From: a virus
Length of the DNA: 64,000 bases
IMG/VR virus record: IMGVR_UViG_3300003690_000024
Location: 31,397 to 95,396 of that record
Strand: one strand, 5' to 3'
Shown here one piece after another: positions 56,781 through 64,000 of this stretch. Numbering within the stretch: the first letter of the stretch is position 1; every line of letters starts with the position of its first letter. The position numbers were made by a program, and so were the translations under genes. The notes under the pieces were generated by a model, which worked only from the letters and a program-made list of their open reading frames with translations, was not told where the DNA came from and ran no database searches.

Positions 56781-59642
56781 GTGTCTGATCCAAAAAATAA
56801 ATGGAACCAACCCGCGGCTCCTCCTCCCCCTATGTTTTTGGGGAAGAAAGAACGCGACCTTGTTAAGCAAGTCAATGATGAACTCGCTGAACGCGTCGTT
56901 GGACAGACTATTGCTTATTATCCAATAAGCATTGAAGATTCTAATTTTAATGAAACATACGGCGAAGCGATAGAGAAAGTTTCTCTGCCGCCGATCCGCG
57001 TTCATGCATATGTAATTGTTGAAAACGAACAAACAAATGATCGTTATGGTTACGAATATCAAAGTAAGTTAACGATTAATTTTCACCGCAAGAGACTAAC
57101 AGAAGATCAAAATCTATATGTTCGCGTTGGTGATTTTATTCAATATGGCGATATTTTTTATGAGATTGTAAAAACTTATAATGATACACGTTATTACTTT
57201 GGACAAGTAGAACACAAATTTCAAATAAGTGCTGAATGTGTGAGGGCCCGCGAAGGGGTCTTCCGCGTTATGCCGGCCGTCGACCGCCCCACCGAAGTTA
57301 CCAGAGACGTTAGCCCAGCAGAATCTCCAGCCCCCCGCGCTGCTCCCTATCCTCCAGCCGGCGCCTCATATGTAACGGTGAACGCAGAGAGAAAGCTCCC
57401 GAACGAGCGGGTGCTTACGGCTGGTAGCAACATAGTGTTTACAGACGGGGGCGCGGGCGGTTCTCTTACCGTAGCCACTACGAGTGAGTTGACAGCGAGC
57501 GACATGCGCGTTACGGGCGACTTAACGGTTGTTGGGAGTCTTGTCGGTGGTTCTCCTATTAGAATCGCCGGAGGTGTTGAAATTCTAAATCCAGCCGGCG
57601 AAGTCATTGCGGCTTTGGGGTCGAGCAGCGCTGGTGCTGATGTTCTTTCGGCTAGTTTAGCGGTCGTTACTCAATTAACGGCTTCGGATCTTGTGTCGGC
57701 CAGTATGTTTTACGGCGACGGCTCACAACTCGATGGTGTTGTGAACTCACCCGCGGGCTCAACCACAGAGATTCAGTTTAATAGTGCTGGCTCTTTTGCG
57801 GGATCTTCCAATCTTACGTTTAACGGAACAACCTTAACTGGCTCCTATACGGGATCTTTGGCACAATTTACTGTTCTATCGGCTTCTGGCGTAAATGTTG
57901 GGGGCGTCGTATCTGGATCGGGCCTTTTTTCAGCAGCTGGCGGCATTAATGTGGCTGAAACGTTTACAGTTAGTGCCGCCGGCGCAGTTGTTGCTTCTAA
58001 CACTATTTCTGGTTCCGGCGCCTTAAGTGTTGGTGCTGGTGCAACACTTGCTGGTGCCTTAAACATGCAGCAAGGCGGCATTACAAATGCTGGTGCTATT
58101 GCTGGCGCAAGCACGATCTCTGGTTCTGGCAATCTCTCAGGTTTAGGGCTTGCCCTCAATGGCGGCACTTGGAATGCCGGCGGCACAATTTCTGCTGATA
58201 CTCAAGTTGGTGCTCCAACGCTGACCGACAACACCTTGTCGATTAGCAGCGGCGCGATTACTGGTGGAACATCGTATTCTGGTTCGACAACGATCTCAGG
58301 CCTCAGTCTCGCGCTGAATGGTGGTAATTGGAGTGCTGCCGGTGTTATTGCAGCGGACAGCAATATTACAGCTGGCGGTACGATCTCTGGATCGTCGACG
58401 CTGTCAGGTCTCGGCATCACGGGTACATCCTTAAACGTACAATCTGGAGGTATTACGAATGCGGGGGCTATCGGGGGAGCCACAACCGTATCAGCCTCCG
58501 TGGGTCTAAGTGGTTCGGCTCTATATGCCAGCGACGCATATCTTGATGCGGTTGTGCTGCAGGCGCTTTCGGGTACCTTAGCGGGTACAGGAAGTTATTT
58601 GGGCCTCGACGCCAGCAATAACTTGGTCCTAACCTCGTCTGCGGCCGGCCCTGCTGGATCAGGCGACCCCGGCGGATCCACCACAGAAGTACAGTTTAAT
58701 AGTGCGGGGGCTTTTGCGGGATCTTCCAATCTTACTTTTAATGGGACAACTCTGACAGGATCTTATACGGGATCGCTAGGACAATTTAGTGTTTTGTCGG
58801 CCTCCTTGATAAGCTTGGGAGCAACTTCCGGCTCACTGGCAGGAGCAGGAAGCTATTTGGGTCTTGATACAAGCAATAATTTGGTTCTTACTTCGGCTGC
58901 CTCGACAGCTGGTGACCCGGCGGGCTCTGATACGGAGGTACAGTTCAATGATGGGGGATCTTTTGGGGGATCTTCAAACCTTACCTTTGACGGCACGTCG
59001 CTGGGAATTGGTACCGATAGTCCCACTTATACTCTTGATGTTGCAGGAGACGCCGGATTTAACGAATACCTCTATCACAATGGAGATACAAACACTTTCA
59101 TCCGATTTGTACCTGATAGGATGTACATTGAGGCTGGTGGAGAAAACATGCTCTACCTCGTCTCAGGTAGCGGAGGCGACCAAAATGCCAAAGTTACAGT
59201 TAATAATGACGGCGTCGATGTCGATTTTCAAGTTAAAGGCGACAATGAGGCTAACCTTATCAGAACAGATGCTGCAAATGATATGGTGGGAATTGGCACA
59301 GCGAACCCCTCGCATACTTTAACGGTAGCCGGCGACTCGTATCTTTCGGGCGCCATGGTTCATAAGAGAACTGCTATTGCGACGCATTACACCGCATCTG
59401 CTACTGACTATATTATAGGCATAACATCAGTCCCCCTTTCTATTGAATTTAATGCAACTGTTTTTAATGATGGCCAAGTCGTTGTTGTTAAAGATGAGAG
59501 TGGTAACGCTTCTGCTACAAGTGTGATTGCCATAAGTGGCGCTTCTACACAAACAATCGACGGCGACGACGACGTGGCCATTAGTTCTCCATATGGCTCT
59601 ATATTGCTATATTGTAATGGAACGAACTGGTTTATTTACTAG
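56781..59642 (+). CDS. Neck/head-completion-like N-terminal domain fused to Gly/Ser/Thr-rich fibre repeats
   Basis: N-terminal YYP....N..YGE...K, VRVGDFI.Y....YEI resemble T4 gp14-type neck proteins; fibre modules QFNSAGSFAGSSNLTF, VGIGT..P. Confidence 0.6.
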   Translation: MSDPKNKWNQPAAPPPPMFLGKKERDLVKQVNDELAERVVGQTIAYYPISIEDSNFNETYGEAIEKVSLPPIRVHAYVIVENEQTNDRYGYEYQSKLTINFHRKRLTEDQNLYVRVGDFIQYGDIFYEIVKTYNDTRYYFGQVEHKFQISAECVRAREGVFRVMPAVDRPTEVTRDVSPAESPAPRAAPYPPAGASYVTVNAERKLPNERVLTAGSNIVFTDGGAGGSLTVATTSELTASDMRVTGDLTVVGSLVGGSPIRIAGGVEILNPAGEVIAALGSSSAGADVLSASLAVVTQLTASDLVSASMFYGDGSQLDGVVNSPAGSTTEIQFNSAGSFAGSSNLTFNGTTLTGSYTGSLAQFTVLSASGVNVGGVVSGSGLFSAAGGINVAETFTVSAAGAVVASNTISGSGALSVGAGATLAGALNMQQGGITNAGAIAGASTISGSGNLSGLGLALNGGTWNAGGTISADTQVGAPTLTDNTLSISSGAITGGTSYSGSTTISGLSLALNGGNWSAAGVIAADSNITAGGTISGSSTLSGLGITGTSLNVQSGGITNAGAIGGATTVSASVGLSGSALYASDAYLDAVVLQALSGTLAGTGSYLGLDASNNLVLTSSAAGPAGSGDPGGSTTEVQFNSAGAFAGSSNLTFNGTTLTGSYTGSLGQFSVLSASLISLGATSGSLAGAGSYLGLDTSNNLVLTSAASTAGDPAGSDTEVQFNDGGSFGGSSNLTFDGTSLGIGTDSPTYTLDVAGDAGFNEYLYHNGDTNTFIRFVPDRMYIEAGGENMLYLVSGSGGDQNAKVTVNNDGVDVDFQVKGDNEANLIRTDAANDMVGIGTANPSHTLTVAGDSYLSGAMVHKRTAIATHYTASATDYIIGITSVPLSIEFNATVFNDGQVVVVKDESGNASATSVIAISGASTQTIDGDDDVAISSPYGSILLYCNGTNWFIY

Positions 59643-59705
59643 TATTTACGCGAACCAATTTATTATTTTTTCACCCGTTTTGCCATAATATAGGAGGATT
59701 TAACA

Positions 59706-62609
59706 ATGGCATATAAATTTCAGAAAGGGACAGCAAACCTTTCAGGATCAATTAAATTAGACTCAGGATATGATCTCCTCGGCGCCGGATCCAACGATCT
59801 CGGCACGAGTGCTGCAAATTTTGCGGTAGGTTATGTTTCTATAGTCAGCGCTAGTACAGTAGTTTCTGGCGCATTCTTTGAAGGTGACGCATCCAGAATG
59901 ACAGGGATTGCCGCTACTGACGTTACAACAACTGGTACATCTACCGACGCGACTTACTATCCGCTTTTCGTTGATACCGCAGCTGGTGAATCTGGAGAAA
60001 CTGTTCGAGTTCACTCTACAGTTGCGATTAACCCGGGAACGGGTCTACTGTCCGCAACGACAGTGAGTGCCTCAACAGGTACAGGCAGCTTCGGTGGCGG
60101 CATTAGTGCCGGTAACGAAGGATTTACTGTTGGTTACACGGGCGCAGTTACGGCAACAACTATCTCTGGTTCTGGTGCTTTAAGCGTTGGTGCTGGCGCA
60201 ACTATGGCTGGTGCTCTTAACATGCAGGCCGGCGGAATCACCAATGCTGGTGCGATTGCTGGTGCAACAACTGTTGCGATGGGGGGCGCCTTCACCGGCG
60301 CAACCACGATTACTGGCTCAGGCGCTCTAAGCATCGGTGCTGGTGCAACACTTGCTGGTGCTTTAGACATGCAGCAAGGGGGCATTAATAATGCTGGTGC
60401 GATTGCTAAGGCAACAACAATCTCCGGCTCTGGTGCTCTAAGTGTCGGTGCTGGTGCAACACTTGCTGGTGCTCTTAACATGCAATCTGCAGGGATCACC
60501 AATGCTGGCTCAATCGCCGGCGCAACAACTCTTGCGATGGGCGGTGCACTTACGGGTGCAACAACGATGTCTGGCTCCGGAGCTGTTACGGTTGATAGTA
60601 TTACATTAGGCGAGGACTATAGTATTAGCAGCGCCGGCGCAGCTTCCGTCGCTTCTGTCAACGTCAATGCAGGCGGTATTACTAACGCTGGTGCAATCGC
60701 TGGTGCAACAACTATTGCGATGGGCGGCGACCTTACTGGTGTGTCGGCCCTTTCGGCTTCGGGAGGAATCACTGGATCCCAGTTCTCCATCCGCGACCGC
60801 GGTCTGTCCCCGACGGGAAACGACACACAGTTCTTTATGGGGACTGCAACTGTTGGTGGTGGTACTAACATTATCAAAAGTTATGGAAGCACGTTGTTAA
60901 TTGAAAACGAAGCGACTGGAGCTTCCGGGGACACGAAGCCCATTCTGCTTCGACTGGGAAGTAATGATGCATACACTGCTGTGAAGATTAGAAATGCCTC
61001 GAACAGCGACCTGTTCTATGTGGATGGAACCGGCGCCGCTTCTGGGTCATCAACCCTTTCGGCTCTTGGAATTACGGGTACCTCTCTTAATGTTCAGGCT
61101 GGCGGAATCACCAATGCTGGCGTTATTGCTGGTACTACATTGCTTACGGCCTCTACGGGCTTGAGTGGTACAACTATTTACGCCAACAAGCTTTTTGGTG
61201 ACGGTGCTGGTATCACTGGTATCTCGCTCTCAAATGCAGATACTGTAGACGTTACGTCTTCGACAAGTAATGTGACCTACGGACTAGTCTTTACGCAGGG
61301 CGCACAGACTGATGGTGGTTTGGGGCTTGCGCTCCAACTTACTGGTGCGACTTTCAATCCAGCGACTGCTGAACTTTCTGGATCTGGTGCCCTTTCGGTT
61401 GGCGGTGGTGCAACTATGGCTGGTGCGTTGAACATGCAAGCTGGCGGAATCACCAATGCTGGTGCGATTGCTGGCGCAACCACTGGAGCGTTTTCGGATA
61501 CACTGACCGTAGCGAGTATCACCAGTTCGGCTGGTTCAACTCTGAGTGTCGGTGGTGGTGTAACTCTTGCTGGTAACTTAAATGTGCAAGGTGGGAATAT
61601 TGAAAGCGCAGGCACAATCTCCGGTTCTGGTGCTCTAAGTGTCGGCGCCGGCGCAACTATGGCTGGTGCTCTTAACATGCAGGCCGGCGGAATCACCAAT
61701 GCTGGTGCAATTGCTGGTGCAACAACGATCTCTGGTTCTGGTGCTGTTACGGTTGATAGTATTACCTTAAACGGTGATTATAGTATTAGCAACGCTGGAG
61801 CGGCCGTTGTCGCTTCTCTTAATGTTAGTGATGGTAATATCACAAATGTTGGCGACATCAACTGCGACTCTGTTAGTGTTGATGATTCAGCTGTTGGCCT
61901 TAATATTGACTTTGGAGGCACTACAGGACTCAACAAGATTAGTCTTACTGATAATCTTGCAGATGCTCTTAACATTACGCAGGCTGGTAACTCTTATATC
62001 AAGCTTGTTACGACGGATGATGAGGAAGCGGTCGTCCTTGGTTACGATCTCCAAATTCGTGATGGTTACAACATCGCGGCCAAAGGGGATATGGGGATAG
62101 ATATCCGCCAGGCAACCACTGGTCAATCTGGTCTGAGTATGACTGATAATTTGGCGTCTGCCTTTTACATTCATCAGGGCGGCACTAGCTATCTGAAGTT
62201 TGTCACAACAAATGATGGTGAGCAAGTGCTCGCTGAGAAGGACTTCATAATCGGTGCTAATGTTAATTCTGATGTAGTTCTCGGTATTAACGGGCCAGTC
62301 GACTTTTATAGCCAGAAACTGCTTACTGCAAGTGTTAATCTTGATGAAGACGCGTCGTCTGGTTTTACGCACTCGCATACCCACTACATTTGCAGTGGTT
62401 CGTCTGCGATAACGATTGACTTGCCAGCGCTTGAAAACGGTGCTTCCTTGTGGGTTAAGCGTCACCCGAGCATGACAAATAATGTTACGCTTTCTCCGAG
62501 TGGATCAACCCACTTGATTGACGGCCTTAATGATCCCGTTGTTCTGGAAACAGCCGGAGCATCGTTGCAGCTTGTTGCATCTGGTTCCTTGAACTGGTAC
62601 ATCTACTAA
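59706..62609 (+). CDS. Fibre/whisker-like repeat protein
   Basis: AGGAGG SD; repeated SGSGALSVGAGAT.AGALNMQ.GGITNAGAIAGATT; C-terminal IDG...NWYIY module. Confidence 0.7.
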   Translation: MAYKFQKGTANLSGSIKLDSGYDLLGAGSNDLGTSAANFAVGYVSIVSASTVVSGAFFEGDASRMTGIAATDVTTTGTSTDATYYPLFVDTAAGESGETVRVHSTVAINPGTGLLSATTVSASTGTGSFGGGISAGNEGFTVGYTGAVTATTISGSGALSVGAGATMAGALNMQAGGITNAGAIAGATTVAMGGAFTGATTITGSGALSIGAGATLAGALDMQQGGINNAGAIAKATTISGSGALSVGAGATLAGALNMQSAGITNAGSIAGATTLAMGGALTGATTMSGSGAVTVDSITLGEDYSISSAGAASVASVNVNAGGITNAGAIAGATTIAMGGDLTGVSALSASGGITGSQFSIRDRGLSPTGNDTQFFMGTATVGGGTNIIKSYGSTLLIENEATGASGDTKPILLRLGSNDAYTAVKIRNASNSDLFYVDGTGAASGSSTLSALGITGTSLNVQAGGITNAGVIAGTTLLTASTGLSGTTIYANKLFGDGAGITGISLSNADTVDVTSSTSNVTYGLVFTQGAQTDGGLGLALQLTGATFNPATAELSGSGALSVGGGATMAGALNMQAGGITNAGAIAGATTGAFSDTLTVASITSSAGSTLSVGGGVTLAGNLNVQGGNIESAGTISGSGALSVGAGATMAGALNMQAGGITNAGAIAGATTISGSGAVTVDSITLNGDYSISNAGAAVVASLNVSDGNITNVGDINCDSVSVDDSAVGLNIDFGGTTGLNKISLTDNLADALNITQAGNSYIKLVTTDDEEAVVLGYDLQIRDGYNIAAKGDMGIDIRQATTGQSGLSMTDNLASAFYIHQGGTSYLKFVTTNDGEQVLAEKDFIIGANVNSDVVLGINGPVDFYSQKLLTASVNLDEDASSGFTHSHTHYICSGSSAITIDLPALENGASLWVKRHPSMTNNVTLSPSGSTHLIDGLNDPVVLETAGASLQLVASGSLNWYIY
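60160..61735 (+). repeat. Dispersed ~110-bp coding repeat (about five full copies, plus one at ~58000-58110)
   Basis: 59-bp identical stretch at 60195-60253 and 61650-61708. Confidence 0.85.
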
Positions 62610-62648
62610 GATTGTGTTGAAGACTTAACAGTCGAGTACAAAAACTTT

Positions 62649-62683
62649 AAGGGTGGGTATTCTTCGGGGTACCCACCCTTTTT
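62649..62683 (+). terminator. Intrinsic terminator with cUUCGg tetraloop
   Basis: AAGGGTGGGTATTC-TTCG-GGGTACCCACCCTT followed by TTT. Confidence 0.88.
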
Positions 62684-62695
62684 GTATTCAGCTTT

Positions 62696-62702
62696 CTATT
62701 TA
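62696..62702 (+). promoter_or_regulatory. Candidate late promoter CTATTTA
   Basis: Immediately after terminator, 4 bp before ATG 62707. Confidence 0.55.
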
Positions 62703-62706
62703 ACAT

Positions 62707-63636
62707 ATGGCGTACAAGTTTAGAAAAGGTGCGGCAGGTTTATCGGGATCAATGACCACCGATGATATTGCTTATTTTTATGATACGGACACCAAACTTG
62801 ATTGGGACAATGATTATATAAGTCTTCAGACGGGGGGCAATAATGTCTTGACGGTTAGCGGGTCGACGGTCGGGGTCCTTGACACCGCTCCGGACGGGTA
62901 TGCTCTTTCTGTTTCCGGCAATGTAGGATTTGCTGAGTATATCTATCACCAGGGCGACGATGATACTTACATCAGATTTGAAGCTGATAGCATAAACATA
63001 TATGCTGGCGGCAGACAGATGATCAAAATGGTAGAAGGTGCCACGGACAAAATTACAATCAATAATGGAGGCCAGGATCTCGATCTTCAGATTAAAGGTG
63101 AAAATGAAGCCAACCTTATCCGAACGATTGCAGCAGATGACAGCGTGGGTATCGTCGCAAATGCACCTAAGATTACTTTAGATGTACATTATACGGGCTC
63201 TGGAGATCCTATAAACCTTGGAAATGACACCGGTGGTGGTGAGGTGGTATTTTTTGGAACTTCCTCAGCCGCCATGGTCGCGGGAGGTATCTATTATTTA
63301 AATACAGATGGGGGATGGCAATCAGCGGATAGTGCAACCACGGGAAGCGGCCACAAACAGTTACTGGGGGTGGCTGTGGGTACCAAGGCCGAAGACGATG
63401 GCGTACTGATTAGGGGATACTTCGATGTAAATACCTTTTATTCCGGCTCCTTCATAAAGGGAGGTCCCATGTACATTCAATCCAGCAGCGCCTCCCGCGC
63501 TGCTACCGCAGGCGGCTATCTAAGCGGGGCCGCTCCCACGGCCGGCGATTCATATGTTAGAGTTGTGGGGTATGGCACAGATACAGCCAATGTAATTTAT
63601 TTTAATCCGGATTCTACGTATGTTGAGATCGCATAA
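62707..63636 (+). CDS. Fibre-related virion protein, N-terminal paralogue of 59706 gene
   Basis: MAYKFRKG...LSGS vs MAYKFQKG...LSGS; shares DTYIRF...KGENEANLIRT module with 56781 gene. Confidence 0.7.
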   Translation: MAYKFRKGAAGLSGSMTTDDIAYFYDTDTKLDWDNDYISLQTGGNNVLTVSGSTVGVLDTAPDGYALSVSGNVGFAEYIYHQGDDDTYIRFEADSINIYAGGRQMIKMVEGATDKITINNGGQDLDLQIKGENEANLIRTIAADDSVGIVANAPKITLDVHYTGSGDPINLGNDTGGGEVVFFGTSSAAMVAGGIYYLNTDGGWQSADSATTGSGHKQLLGVAVGTKAEDDGVLIRGYFDVNTFYSGSFIKGGPMYIQSSSASRAATAGGYLSGAAPTAGDSYVRVVGYGTDTANVIYFNPDSTYVEIA

Positions 63637-64000
63637 TGGCACAGGCCATCGCAAATATATCAGGAGTAAGTATGGCGAATATTAAAAGTATTGGCGGCGT
63701 TGATTATAGTGGCTGGGCGGAAACCTATTCGATCGATTTTGCTGATTATGATAGTAGTGGCGAAATGGCCACGGACGGCACCATCGACATCAATGGTGTG
63801 ACTTGGACCGCCGATGGCACTGGGTATGGTACAATCGAGGTTCAACCAGGCGTGGGCCTAGACATCATCGCTGGAAGCAACAGTGATATGTTCGGTGGTA
63901 CATTTAATATTCCACGTTTGACGGCTGATGTAAGCGACATGATACCGGGCCTGAACGCTCAAGACGTTATATGTATGCAGTGGATTCAAAGTTACCCCGA
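63636..64000 (+). CDS. Hypothetical virion protein, 3'-truncated
   Basis: TAATG overlap; MAQAIANISGVSMANIKSIGGV... open to window end (not in supplied ORF track). Confidence 0.65.
   Translation, partial: MAQAIANISGVSMANIKSIGGVDYSGWAETYSIDFADYDSSGEMATDGTIDINGVTWTADGTGYGTIEVQPGVGLDIIAGSNSDMFGGTFNIPRLTADVSDMIPGLNAQDVICMQWIQSYP

Larger units (their letters stand above)
1..64000 (+). mobile_element. Large T4-like (myovirus-type) bacteriophage genome fragment
   Basis: T4-type terminase, gp20 portal, gp21 prohead protease, gp25/gp6 baseplate wedge, gp55-like sigma, gp46/47-like nuclease, primase; dense co-directional genes; no host housekeeping operons. Confidence 0.95.

Noticed and set aside
188-63845. 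Numerous short minus-strand and nested ORFs in the track
   Set aside because: Shadows of long + strand genes with no motifs; only 44592-45338 fills its own gap
1-64000. Stop-codon reassignment
   Set aside because: Core genes are full length in the standard code and TAA, TAG and TGA all terminate genes; breaks are frame changes, not in-frame stops
1-64000. tRNA or rRNA genes
   Set aside because: Intergenic gaps are short and none shows cloverleaf or rRNA signatures

Overview
A 64-kb fragment of a large, apparently uncultured, T4-like (contractile-tailed, possibly jumbo) bacteriophage genome, almost entirely + strand, standard genetic code. Order: end of a nucleotide-sugar cluster (NeuB, HAD phosphatase, GDP-mannose 3,5-epimerase, second SDR epimerase); small genes and a gp55-like late sigma factor; a ~33-kb baseplate/tail block (gp5-like lysozyme, spike-like protein, 1872-aa protein, gp25, gp6, a giant multi-LamG protein split by a frameshift, tail-collar-like paralogues); RuvC-like resolvase and primase; an array of small genes sharing an N-terminal MKITKxRLxEIIxEE leader; a fused Mre11/SbcD-Rad50/SbcC nuclease; a lone antisense J-domain gene; a putative holin/spanin-like cassette; terminase, portal, prohead protease; ribosomal protein bS21; neck/fibre-like repeat proteins. 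No major capsid gene, tRNA, rRNA or CRISPR array was recognised. Most interesting signals: (1) a shared leader that looks like a capsid-targeting propeptide on variable payloads; (2) a [S/T]-[G/A/S]-S tripeptide strongly enriched in virion proteins of a phage with its own sugar-synthesis genes (candidate virion glycosylation sequon); (3) sharply bounded GC-rich islands inside AT-rich structural genes; (4) a recurrent CTA(T/A/C)TTA candidate late promoter, sometimes positioned to yield leaderless mRNA. All family calls are from motif recognition by eye; no database searches were run.
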